A stretch of DNA of 64,000 nt, from positions 161,820,001 to 161,884,000 of the forward strand of contig NC_059427.1 of assembly GCF_021028975.2 (NCBI RefSeq), read 5' to 3'. Under the pieces are notes generated by a model, which did no database searches, was not told the origin of the DNA, and saw nothing but the letters and a program-made list of their open reading frames with translations. The stretch comes from Sphaerodactylus townsendi (Eukaryota). A program made the translations under genes and the position numbers. The stretch's first letter is position 1; every line of letters starts with the position of its first letter. This document shows positions 24,679-36,266 of this stretch, piece by piece.

Positions 24679-24972
24679 GAAGAAGAGAAGAAGAAGAGGA
24701 AGAGTTTGGATTTATATCCCCCCCCTTTCTCTCCTGCAGGAGACTCAAAGGGGCTTACAATCTCCTTGCCCTTCCCCCCTCACAACAAACACCCTGTGTT
24801 GAGAGAGCTCCAAAAAGCTGTGACTAGCCCAAGGTCACCCAGCTGGCGTGTGTGGGAGTGTGCACAGGCTAATCTGATTCCCCAGATAAGCCTCCACAGC
24901 TCAGGCGGCAGAGCTGGGAATCAAACCCGGTTCCTCCAGATTAGATACATGAGCTCTTAACCTCCTATGCCA
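24679..24972 (-). mobile_element. Squam3-like SINE
   Basis: Reverse complement of 32864-33168 with (GAA)n tail. Confidence 0.85.
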
Positions 24973-25869
24973 TATAGAATATGTGGTAATATCAAGGCAT
25001 TATTAGCTTTTACAAGTGCTTAGCAGAGATGAAATTTTGGTAAAGTGTGGATTCTCAGACCCAATGCACTTTTCCTGCAGCAACACTGCAGCTGAAGGAA
25101 ACATAATTATTAAAGCCTGCAGAAGTTATTTTTAGGAAGGGGGAAGGATATCCTGCCCTCCCTACAAGCCTTTGTCCTGAGTCAGAAAGGCCCTGTTGGT
25201 GTTTGTTTTCATAACTTCAGAGCTACAAGGGCTCCTTCAGCAATTCCAAGGAATCCTTTCTGACTTAAGAAAAAGTGTGTGCAGGAAGGCTTGAGCCCTT
25301 ACTTGCAAGCCAGCTCCATTTCCAATTAGGGGAAAAACACTTGGAAGTAAGATCTGGACTCAACTCCTCTATCATGTGAGAAGCCTGATACTTCATGTTC
25401 TCTCCTCTTCCCATTGTGCATGGGCCACATAATGTCAGGCCTGCACCATACTTGGCCTGGCAGCTCGCATGTCTGCACCAAGGTCACAGATGGCTCTGCC
25501 ATTATCATCACCCGAGGCTAAGGAGGCCTTCCCCTGCTTTCATGTACTAGTCAAGAGAGCTTAAACGTTCATTCTTATCTGCCTTTCTCCAAAGGAGTGA
25601 ACTGTCTGTCCTAAACAATGCCTCTGTTCCCACCGTCCTTTCAAATGCTGATATTAGGGGAATGTGAGGGTGGGGGGATTATGGGTTGAACTTTTCTGTA
25701 ACTTACAGGTGTATACCAAAGACAGAGAGCCAAACTTTAGTATCAGCTATCTGAGCCTTGGGCTGACAAAGTTCCAATAAAGCTCTTGAAACCTTCTTGA
25801 GTCTTGTTTGATAACCGGCGTAGCAGACCCTTACACATATGTTGTAATGCAAAAACTGATTTTCTCAAA

Positions 25870-26010
25870 GGCTCATTCCGCACGTGCAGAATAATGCACT
25901 TTCAAACTGCTTTCAGTGCTCTTTGAAGCTGTGCGGAATGGCAAAATCCACTGGCAAACAGTTGTGAAAGTGGTTTGAAAACGCATTATTTTGCGTGTGC
26001 GGAAGGGGCC
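25870..26010. mobile_element. Harbinger MITE family A
   Basis: TIRs; TSD AAA. Confidence 0.9.
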
Positions 26011-26624
26011 AAACTTACACATTCAGTTTCACCATCTTAAGTGCTGAAAATATTTTTTTCTTAGGAGAAGTAAATCTGTAAGGCTTAAAAAATTTTTTTG
26101 CACCACTTCCTGTTTTGTTTAGTTTCCTTTCCTTTAAAATTGTACCAATTTTCCGATTTTATTTGTATATTAACTGTATAATTGTATACATTCCATAAAA
26201 ATAACAAAATAATAATTAACAACAATAAGAAAAAACAAAAAGACAAAAAGAAATGACATGGACATTTTAGTAATTTTTAAAATTGTATAGTATGATTTGT
26301 ATTGTATTGGGTTTTATTGTTCTTGGTTTTATTTTGTTTTGTTGCATTTTGCAAGTTGCCTTGAGTATGGCTATAGAAAAGTGGGATATAAATACTTTTA
26401 ATACAGGCAGGTGTTGCCCTACCCTTCATATCCTGCCATATTGAAATATGGATTTAATATGATTTTTCTGCAATAATGTACTGACAAATGCCAGCAACTG
26501 TGTGTGTAGCAGAATGTCCAAATCAACAATGGGCCAAGTGCAAAAAGGCCTACTAGCAAAATTAAATCACTGAATGAGTTATTCCAGCTAACAGAGACTG
26601 GAAGCCTCATGGACATGTATCTTG

Positions 26625-27111
26625 GGCCCTTTCCGCACAAGCGTTCTATGGTGACCTGAGGACGGCAAAAACGCCATCCCCAGGGAGCCATTCACACAGG
26701 GGGTGCAGCTGCTGCGCAGCCGCACCGCCCTCGTGCCGCCCGACCGGCGCAAAGCCGGCGTTTCCAAACCTCGCTTGGCAAGCGAGGTTTCCTGGAAATG
26801 CTGGCTTCCAGGTGCCTCCCCCACACTCCCACCCTGCACTTACCTTGTCTCCGGCCCTCCGGCACGTCGCCGAGGCCTGGGGACACGCCCCCCTGTCCTG
26901 GGACGCTGAAGCAGGCGCGCAGGGCCGGGGGCATGTCTCCAGGCCTTGACGACGTGCCGAAGGGCCAGGGACACGCCAGGTCGGCCAGGCAACGGCACTC
27001 CGCGGCGCCGTCTGCCTGGCTGTTTCTGGGACCGTTCGTGCGGTCCCAGGGGGGTTGGGTCAGCACGGAATGAGCCAACCCAACCTCCATTGACGCCGTG
27101 CAGAAACGGCC
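26625..27111. mobile_element. GC-rich Harbinger MITE family D nested in the LTR
   Basis: GGCCCTTTCCGCAC / GTGCAGAAACGGCC. Confidence 0.8.
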
Positions 27112-27821
27112 CTGATTACCACACCCTGCCAAGATTGCTGTAACACAAAGGAACTGGGATACACCTTGTCACAAGATTTCCATCTAAACGTCTTTAACAA
27201 CCATCAACGTTTACAATTGTTCCTTCCCTGATCCACTCAAAGCCTCAGCCAAATTTAAATAACATATCTGGACAGAGGCTCCTAAAAGAAACTCTGCCTA
27301 AGCCATTCAAGGCAAACCCTGATCCAATCACAAGACAATTGATTCTACTGTCCCAACATTTAGAAAACAATAGATGAGCTATTAATTAGCTCAACCCAGC
27401 AAACCCAGCATGGAAATCCAGGAAGTTCCAGGAAGAGAGCTCCTAGCTCCTGCCCCAAAATATGCTATGGGTATAAAAGCACAGCGCACCCCAAGTTCCA
27501 CGCTCGCTTGCTGGCAGGCTTGTAGGCTGTCTGGCTCACAGGCTGGCTTGCTGCTGCTCTTTACTAACTCTAGCGCTAGCTGGCTAGCTGGCTAGCTCCT
27601 AGTGAGCTCGCTGGCTCTTCCAGCTCTTTACTAGCCTGAACCTCTCTTTGGTTGGTTTTGAGTCACGATATTGTCCTTCACTTGGATTCAAATGCTGGCC
27701 ATTTGAATCCTTGCCTTCTCCAAGAACTTCTCAGCTGAACCTAGGTAACGTATAAGTCCCTGCTACCCCCTTCCTAATCTATCATCTACTTTCCTACTTT
27801 CCACCCTTTTTATATCTCTTA

Positions 27822-27962
27822 GGCTCATCCCGCACATGCAGAATAATGCACTTTCAAACAGCTTTCAGTGCTCTTTGAAGCTGTGTGAAATAACAAAATC
27901 CACTTGCAAACAGTTGTGAAAGTGGTTTGAAAATGCATTATTTTGCGTGTGCGGAAGGGGCC
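27822..27962. mobile_element. Harbinger MITE family A nested in the LTR
   Basis: Family A TIRs and body. Confidence 0.85.
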
Positions 27963-28729
27963 TTTGGAACTGTGTGTAAGCTTCTCTATGTCTCACTGTA
28001 TGAATGCTTTTCATCAAAAACTTATAAAAGTATTTGGTCTCTTTGTATACTCTGTGGTACGTTTCAAGCCATTTTCTGGTATAGTTGTTCTAAAGATCCC
28101 ACTGCTAGCCTACCTCTTGCTGCCAAGCCGAGTTATTCCCCATCACCATTTTAAAACGCTTTAACTGTTAAGCTAGCGTAACACAGGAGGGAAGGCAGGT
28201 GTTACCAGGAGGGAGCTAGCAGTGTGTGAGACAGGCACATCCATGTCCACCTCCATCTACCGCCTAGATGTTGAGTTCTGCAGCAACAGTTTAGCTTACT
28301 GCTGCACCCTCCCCTTGGGATGTCACCCTGGTAGGGAGGCAGCTGCAGGTGGCTGGTGGTGGCAACAAAGGCAGGTGGGAGGCACAGGCTGCTGGGGAGG
28401 AACAGGGGGAGGAAGAGGCAGCAGAAAACACAATGCTTTAATCCCTTACTCCTGGGATAGGGAGGGAGGAGGCTGGCAGCCAAACACACCCCACCAAAGT
28501 TGCACCCATGGCTTGAGCCCCCCCTGCCCCCCTCAAGATGCCTATGGTTTAACAGCACCCATCCTATGAAATCCAGTATAGTATAGCAGTTACAGCTTCA
28601 AACAAGGGTCTGAGAGACCCAGGCTCAAATCCTCATTTTGCTATGGTGATTTTGGACCAATCCTCATTTTGCTGTGGGTGATTTTGGACCAATCACATAC
28701 TTGCAGCCTAATCTAATCTAATGTGAATA

Positions 28730-28879
28730 GGCCCCTTCCGCACATGCAGAATAATGCACTTTCAATCCACTTTCACAATTGTTTGCAAGTGGATTTTGCT
28801 AATCCGAACAGTAAAATCCAGCTGCAAAGTGCATTGACAGTGGATTGAGTGCATTATTCTGCATGTGCAGAAGGGGGTC
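28730..28879. mobile_element. Harbinger MITE variant B (another copy at about 31658-31800)
   Basis: Same TIR as family A, internal TTCAATCCACTT / AGTGGATTGA palindrome. Confidence 0.8.
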
Positions 28880-29135
28880 TATATAGTGGTTTCACAGATA
28901 AAAAGAAGAAGAGACTAATGTAAGCAAGTTGCTTTGGTCCCCGGTAGGGAAGAAGACTAGTTGGGTAGTATAGGCACAATATTAGCCACAGCGAGGTCTC
29001 CTCTGTTCTTTTCATCTTGCAGGACTTTAAATCTGATCCTAGTTTTTTGTGATTTCAAATAAATGTGTTTATGCGAGATTGCCATTCTCAGCGTCTGACA
29101 CACTGACCACTGATGCCACTATTGTGGGTAGTCAT

Positions 29136-29734
29136 AAGAACATAAGAACATAAGAATCTCTCCCTCTAAGAAGAGGAGGAGGAGGAGAAGGAGGAGGAGG
29201 AGGAGGAGGAGGAGGAGTTTGGATTTATATCCCCCCTTTAGAACATAAGTACAAGCCAGCTGGATCAGACCAGAGTCCATCTAGTCCAGCTCTCTGCTAC
29301 TCGCAGTGGCTCATCAGGTGCCATTGGGAGCTCACGTGCAGGATGTGAAAGCAATGGCCTTCTGCGGCTGTTGCTCCCGGGCACCTGGTCTGCTAAGGCA
29401 TTTGCAATCTCAGATCAAAGAGGGTCAAGATTGGTAGCCATAGATCGACTTCTCCTCCATAAATCTATCCAAGCCCCTTTTAAAGCTATCCAGGTTAGTG
29501 GCCATCACCACCCCCTGTGGCAGCATATTCCAAACACCAATCACATGTTGTGTGAAGAAGTGTTTCCTTGTATTAGTCTTAATTCTTCCCCCCAGCATTT
29601 TCAATGGATGCCCCCTGGTTCTAGTATTGTGAGAAAGAGAGAAAAATTTCTCTCTGTCAACATTTTCTACCCCATGCATAATTTTATAGACTTCAATCAT
29701 ATCCTCCCTCAGACGTCTCCTCTCCAAACTAAAG
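29136..29734 (-). mobile_element. 5'-truncated CR1 with chimeric double tail (CR1 tail - SINE tail - CR1 tail)
   Basis: TSD AGTCAT at 29130-29135 and 29735-29740; ORF ERRRLREDMIEVYK..RTRGHPLK. Confidence 0.85.
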
Positions 29735-30084
29735 AGTCATGTTTGCATCTGTTCCAGTACTTACTAATTGGTACTGATTATCAGTTCATACTCATTAGTA
29801 ACCTTGCTTAGATCTCCAAAGAACTTCGCTATGCAGAACTCTTGAGAACAAAAACTCTCCCAAGCGCTACATAGGCATTGATAGAACCCTTACTCTGTCT
29901 ACATGGGCACAGAGCAGCTCCATATTTTCTAGGTGGATTTTTAAAAGGTTATATTTTGATCAACACAAGTAGATGCATAATTCCATTCTAAACTGAATGA
30001 AAGCTCCAACTGAAAAGGGGGAAAAAGTAAGTTATTAATTTATCTATCCCATAAGAATGTTCTTTTGGTGTTCTATCAACAATG

Positions 30085-30363
30085 TTCCATCCTCTGTTGG
30101 CAGCAGAGGGTAGGATTCACAACAATGGTATAGATTACAGGGGAAATGGTTCTGACTGGATACTAGGGACATTGAAAAAAAATTAAAGAGTTATGCAGCA
30201 GTGGAATCAGCAGTTTATGGAGATAATGAGTGCCCCCTCACTGGCAATCCTTAAGCAGCAGCTGGACAAACATTTGTATGGAATGCTGTAGACTGATTGT
30301 GTATTGAACAGGAGGTTGGGCTAGATGGCCTGTACTGCCCTTCCAACTGCATGATTCTATGAT
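30085..30363 (+). mobile_element. Older CR1 3' end
   Basis: Ends CCCTTCCAAC..ATTCTATGAT, the CR1 tail. Confidence 0.65.
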
Positions 30364-30451
30364 CATTCCTTTGTTTTCTCTCTTTCAACCCCCCTCCCCT
30401 GCTCAATTGTACAATGTAGTGGTATAATGCACTTCTAGTGGTCAAGACTAA

Positions 30452-30592
30452 GGCCCCTTCCGCATACGCAAAATAATGCGTTTTCAAACCACTTTCACAA
30501 CTGTTTGCAAGTGGATTTTGCTATTCCGCACAGCTTCAAAGAGCACTGAAAGCAGTTTGAAAGTGCATTATTCTGCATGTGCGGAATGAGCC
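30452..30592. mobile_element. Harbinger MITE family A
   Basis: TIRs; TAA/TAT flanks. Confidence 0.9.
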
Positions 30593-30646
30593 TATGTTAC
30601 TAAATTACTATGCATATTCACTTAAAACTTATTGTCACAAATCAAA

Positions 30647-30893
30647 GGCTGATTCCGCATGGGCCAGAAACAGCAGTGTGAAAACGGTGTGAAAATCGTG
30701 TAAGAGGGTTTAAAATGGTGTAAAAGGGTTTATACTATCCTCTGAAGATGCCAGCCACAGACGCAGGTGAAACGTCAGGAGAGAATGCTGCTAGAACACA
30801 GCCATACAGCCCGGAAACCACACAGCACCCAAGGGTTTATACTGTTTTCACACCGTTTTCACACTGCTGTTTTTGGCCCATGCGGAATCAACC
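30647..30893. mobile_element. Harbinger MITE family C containing a Penelope fragment
   Basis: GGCTGATTCCGCATGGGCC / GGCCCATGCGGAATCAACC; TSD AAA. Confidence 0.85.
30737..30830 (+). mobile_element. 94-bp Penelope pLTR fragment (hammerhead motif at 30738-30780)
   Basis: 13-bp TSD AAGGGTTTATACT at 30724-30736 and 30831-30843; TCCT-CTGAAGA..GAAACGTC-AGGA. Confidence 0.85.
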
Positions 30894-31904
30894 AAAGAGT
30901 TTCCAGCAAATAAGTCTGCAATTCTGAAAGAAAAATTTCCTGGATGTAAGCCCTGCTGAATTAAATAGGACTAACTTTTGAGTAGACCTGTTAAGGGTTG
31001 GTCTCTATATTGGGCCGTATCTCCAGAAGTTCCAGGATCTAAATGTTAGCCTCAAACTCAAGGGAAGGGCTTAGACAAATTCACTGTCCATAACTCATTC
31101 CAATCTCTGCTTCCGTTCGGCTACAGGGTGATAGCTAAACTGACATTTTCCAACTTGCTGTAAGGATAGCAAAAATTATATATGCTAAACAAATGGAAAA
31201 TTCAAAAATGCTTACAAAATTATATATATGTGTGTGTGTGTGTGTGTGTATTTATTTATTTTAAAACAGACAGAAGCCTTTATTGGCATTATAATTTTCA
31301 ATATTACAATTTTAAAAACAAAAAGGAACGTTTATCTATTAACTGAACCCACTAAAATACATTAAAATATGCATTAAATATCTACATACAGACCCTGCAT
31401 ATGGAACACAAAGAGAGCTAAATTAACCATGACTGTTTTGTGGAGAATAATTACGCTTAGCCAGGTAATGCTTCAGAAAGTTCGCAACAAATTAAATATT
31501 ATTTCCCCCTTTGCTTCTTTTCCAGTGTTTCATTACTTTCTTTTCCAGTGTTTATTTTTGTTCACCATGTATTCTCTCAGTCAATGAGATCAAAGGGACT
31601 ATCTATGGCTGTATAAATCTGATTACTTCAGCTTTTCAAGGTTGAGAACTAAGTCTCAGACCCTTTCCACACATGCAGAATAATGCACTTTCAATCCACT
31701 TCCACAATTGTTTGCAAGCGGATTTTGTGATTCCGCACAGCTGCAAAGTGCACTGAAAGTGGATTGAAAGTGCATTATCCTGCATGTGCGGAAGGGACCC
31801 TAGAGATTCTTTGCCCTGGTTGTGTGAAGGGCTGTCAGAGGAAAGTTATTATTATATGCCTCTTATGTCTGCCTTCATTAACATCGCTGTATGAAATGTG
31901 AACT

Positions 31905-32690
31905 AATAAAATAAACCCTGGATTACCCCTGGATAAGCAGGTGGCAGCTGTGGCCAGGAGTGCCTTTTATTAGCTTTGATTGGTTGGCCACTGCAGTCTT
32001 GACTGGGCAAAAAATTCCTGACTACTGTGGTGCCTGCCCTTGTTCCATCTATATTGGAGTACTGCAATGCACTCTTGTTGGACTTCTTAACTTAACATAT
32101 TTAGCAGAGTAGCAGAAGAAGAGACCATTAGACAGTTGCTGGTTTTATATAAATGAGTTTACTTTCTATTAGGGAGGGTTTACATGGAAGAAAATAAAGA
32201 ACAGCTTCATATAGTTACATAGCTTAGCACCATGTGATTTGCCTACCTAGGTTTTTCCTCGTGTGGTTCAAACAAAGAAACATACTTTATAACTTCTGTC
32301 TACGTGACTAGTCTCACATAGGCAATGCTGGGGTTAGCTGACCAATAGCTTAATCAATGGACTGGCCATAAAACTCTGACCTCAGTAGCTAATTAGCATG
32401 CACACAGTTAACCCCTTTATGTCTGAATTGTGACAGACACTTGCAAATTCCAACAACTCTGGGTGGAATTTCCCTTGAGGAGTGTTCAGAAAGTTCAATT
32501 GGCACACAATGTTGCAGCCCAGGATGTTGACTGGATTGGTAATAGGAAGCGTACTGCTCTGGTCCTGTTCCATTTTCACTGGCTTTCTGTAGAGCATTTC
32601 CAGATGCAATCCAAGGTGCTGGTGTTGGCCTTTAAAACTTGATATGACTTCAAACCAACATAACTGAGAGACTGCCTTCTTCCTTTAGAC
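31905..32690 (+). mobile_element. Old L2 LINE RT C-terminal remnant with an internal insertion
   Basis: VQKVQLAHNVAA..FHWLSV..SKVLVLAFK resembles L2 LQLVQNAAA..LHWLP..FKVL. Confidence 0.6.
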
Positions 32691-32838
32691 CAGGGGTAGG
32701 GAACGTGCGGCTCTCCAGATGTTCAGGAACTTCAATTCCCATCAGCCTCTGTCAGCATGGCCAATTGGCCATGCTGGTAGGGGCTGATGGGAATTGTAGT
32801 TCCTGAACATCTGGAGAGCCGCAGGTTCCCTACCCCTG
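32691..32838. mobile_element. Palindromic hAT MITE family E
   Basis: TSD CTTTAGAC. Confidence 0.9.
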
Positions 32839-32863
32839 CTTTAGACCCTACTTGTATGTTAAG

Positions 32864-33168
32864 GAGCAGCAGTGGCGTAGGAGGTTAAGACCTCATGTAT
32901 CTAATCTGGAGGAACCGGGTTTGTTTCCCAGCTCTGCCGCTAGAGCTGTGGAGGCTTATCTGGGGAATTCAGATTAGCCTGTATACTCCCACACCTGCCA
33001 GCTGGGTGACCTTGGGCTAGTCACAGCTTCTCAGAACTCTCTCAGCCCCACCTACCTCACAGGGTGTTTGTTGTGTGGGGGGAAGGGCAAGGAGATTGTA
33101 AGCCCCTTTGAGTCTCCTGCAGGAGAGAAAGGGGGGATATAAATCCAAACTCTTCTTCTTCTTCTTCT
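32864..33168 (+). mobile_element. Squam3-like tRNA-derived SINE, full length
   Basis: A-box-like TGGCGTAGGAGG, B-box-like GGTTTGTTTCC, tail GGGGGGATATAAATCCAAAC(TCT)n. Confidence 0.85.
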
Positions 33169-33306
33169 TAAGGTCATTTGCTGAGGTACTACTTCAGGCA
33201 CCCCAACATTTTTAGGTTGGTTGAGATTAGGTGAGCACCAATGAAAGAGAATGTCTTTTTGGCCACAGTATCAAAATTCTGCCAAGAAATTTTTATTTGT
33301 CTTCTT

Positions 33307-33446
33307 GGCCCCTTCTGCACACGCAAAATAATGCATTTTCAAACCACTTTCACAACTGTTTGCAAGTGGATTTTGCCATTCCACACAGCTTCAAAGAGCA
33401 CTGAAAGCAGTTCAAAGTGCATTATTCTGCATGTGCGGAATGAGCC
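33307..33446. mobile_element. Harbinger MITE family A
   Basis: TSD CTT. Confidence 0.9.
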
Positions 33447-34024
33447 CTTCTCTCACTGTCTTCTGTGAGNNNNNNNNNNNNNNNNNNNNNNNNNNNNNNN
33501 NNNNNNNNNNNNNNNNNNNNNNNNNNNNNNNNNNNNNNNNNNNNNNNNNNNNNNNNNNNNNNNNNNNNNNNNNNNNNNNNNNNNNNNNNNNNNNNNNNNN
33601 NNNNNNNNNNNNNNNNNNNNNNNNNNNNNNNNNNNNNNNNNNNNNNNNNNNNNNNNNNNNNNNNNNNNNNNNNNNNNNNNNNNNNNNNNNNGCGGTGTAC
33701 AGGGCCCATAAACAAGGCTGATAAAACAATAGATACAAATATAAACATTAACATTAAAACCCTCCATGATCCCTCATTGCTGCCCTTCCTGTTAATATTG
33801 ATAACAATACTATTTATTTTAGGTTTTTTTGTTTCTTATTAATTATGCTTTCATCATGTTTTATTTTAATTGTTAGCTTCACAGAAATATGTGGCATACA
33901 CATATTGTAAGCAAATAAATGCATGTATAGCTATAGTGCTCCAGGCTATCTCAATAGCAATAGTTTAACTTTTTTTCCTTTTTCCTCCTGTAGAGCATTC
34001 TGCAGTTTCAAACTGAGAGAGGAA

Positions 34025-34942
34025 ATGTCTAACCGAACGTTCATAACTGAATTTTTGCTCTTGGAGTTCACAGATCTGCGAGAATTTCAGATTGTTCATT
34101 TCATCGTCTTCCTGGCTTTGTACTTGACTGTGGTTGCAGGAAATCTTCTGATCATCTCTGTGATAGCTCTCGATCAACATCTTCACACCCCCATGTACTT
34201 CTTTTTGATGAACCTAGCCGTAACAGACCTTGGCTCCATTTCTGCCACCATCCCCAAATCCATGCTCAATTCCCTTATGAATACTAGGTTGATTTCCTAT
34301 TCTGGCTGTGTCGTGCAAGTTTATTTTTTTCTGCTGTTTGCAGCATTAGACTGCACCCTTCTCACAGTAATGGCCCATGACCGATATGTAGCTATCTGCA
34401 ACCCACTTCGCTATGAAACTATTATGAATAAAGGAGCATGCATTCAAATGGCAGCCAGCGCATGGCTTAGCAGCCTTCTCTATGCTATGTTGCACACGGC
34501 TACCACCTTTGCCATGAAATTCTGTTCCAATATTGTTGACCAGTTTTTCTGTGAGATCCCACAACTAGTTAAGATCTCTTGCTCTGATTTATATTTAGTT
34601 GAAAGCATACTTTTGATATTCGGCGTTGCAGCAGCATCAGGCTGCTTTGTGTTTATAGTCGTAACATACATACAGATCTTCACTACAGTACTCAGAATCC
34701 CTTCATCCCAGGGGAGGCAAAAGGCCTTTTCCACCTGTATTCCTCATCTCGTTGTTTTCTCCATGTTTCTATTTGGTGGCATGCTTGTCTACCTGAGACC
34801 GATACCCCACCCCTCTCCACATACCAACTTGGCATTTGCCATCATATACTCTGTAATCCCACCCATGATGAACCCTGTAATCTACAGCATGAGAAACAAG
34901 GAGATAAAGCTTGCAATGTGCAAACTTTTACACTTGAAGTAG
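34025..34942 (+). CDS. Olfactory receptor, family-14-like, intact (305 aa)
   Basis: MSNRT, LHTPMYFFL, MAHDRYVAICNPLRY, KAFSTCIPHL, PPMMNPVIYSMRNKE; strong acceptor (pyrimidine tract + TAG at 33993) argues against the ATG at 33923. Confidence 0.95.
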   Translation: MSNRTFITEFLLLEFTDLREFQIVHFIVFLALYLTVVAGNLLIISVIALDQHLHTPMYFFLMNLAVTDLGSISATIPKSMLNSLMNTRLISYSGCVVQVYFFLLFAALDCTLLTVMAHDRYVAICNPLRYETIMNKGACIQMAASAWLSSLLYAMLHTATTFAMKFCSNIVDQFFCEIPQLVKISCSDLYLVESILLIFGVAAASGCFVFIVVTYIQIFTTVLRIPSSQGRQKAFSTCIPHLVVFSMFLFGGMLVYLRPIPHPSPHTNLAFAIIYSVIPPMMNPVIYSMRNKEIKLAMCKLLHLK

Positions 34943-36266
34943 TTTTGCCAGAATACTTTTTAAAAAGTTTATCCTGTAAAAACATACTTAATATGCTTTT
35001 AATGAGGTTAATAATGACAAAATTAAAATAAGTAGAGTCCTGGCGGATTATACATTTAACCCACGCCATTTAACAAACAACATACTTTTTTTAAGAAATG
35101 CTACAATATTAACACTATTATAAATGCAATACTTTAGTGATATGACTGATGAGTTAAGCCCAGAATCTCTCCCTTTCTTTCCTGTAAGGAGACTCAAAGG
35201 GCACAGTTCCTCCTCGCTGCAGCCCTTTGAAGAAGAAGAAGAAGAAGAAGAAGAAGAAGAAGAAGAAGAAGAAGAAGAAGAAGAAGAAGAAGAAGAAGAA
35301 GAAGAAGAAGAAGAAGAAGAAGAGTTGGATTTATATCCCCCCTTTAGAACATAAGAACAAGCCTGCTGGATCAGACCAGAGTCCATCTAGTCCAGCTACT
35401 CTGTTACTTGCAGTGGCCCACCAGGTGCCTTTGGGAGCTCACAGGCAGGATGTGAAAGCAGTGGCCTTCTGCGACTGCTGCTCCCGAGCACCTGGTCTGC
35501 TAAAGCATTTGCAATCTCAGATCAAGGAGGATCAAGATTGGTAGCCAAAGATCAACTTCTCCTCCATAAATCTGTCCAAGCCCTTTTTAAAGCTATCCAG
35601 GTTAGTGGCCATCACCACCTCCTGTGGCAGCATATTCCCAACACCAATCACACGTTGTGTGAAGAAGTGTTTCCTTTTATTAGTCCTAATCCCCGCCCCC
35701 CCCAGCATTTTCAATGTATGCCTCTGGGTTCTAGTATTGTGAGAAAGAGAGAAAAATTTCTCTCTGTCAACATTTTCTACCCCATGCATAATTTTATAGA
35801 CTTCAATCATATCCCCCCTCAGACGCCTCCTCTCCAAACTAAAGAGTCCCAAACGCTGCAGCCTCTCCTCATAAGGAAGGTGCTCCAATCCTTCAATCAT
35901 CCTCGTTGCCCTTCTCTGCACTTTTTCTATCTCTTCGATATCCTTTTTGAGATGTGGCGACCAGAACTGTACACAGTACTCTGCACCACGGCTTTATATA
36001 AGGGCATGACAATCCTTGCAGTTTTATTATCAACTCCTTTCCTAATGATCCCCAGCATAGAGTTTGCCTTTTTCACAGCTGCCATGCATTGAGTTGACAT
36101 TCCCATGGAACTATCAACTAAGACACCCAAATCCCTTTCCTGGTCTGTGACTGATAGCACTGACCCCTGTAGCATGTATGTGAAGTTTGGATTTTTTTGC
36201 CCCTATGTTAATCACTTTACATTTTGCTACATTGAACTGCATTTGCCATTTCTTAGCCCACTCACC

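Larger units (their letters stand above)
26412..28183 (+). mobile_element. Solo LTR (about 1.14 kb net) carrying two nested MITEs
   Basis: TGTTGC...GTAACA; 4-bp TSD CAGG; TATAAAA at about 27473; homologous to 38721-39854. Confidence 0.8.

Noticed and set aside
32864-32940. tRNA-like A/B boxes
   Set aside because: This is a SINE head; no cloverleaf can be formed
34996-35005. CTTTTAATGA, resembling the H/P-element homeodomain motif
   Set aside because: Single short match in AT-rich DNA with no adjacent O/E site
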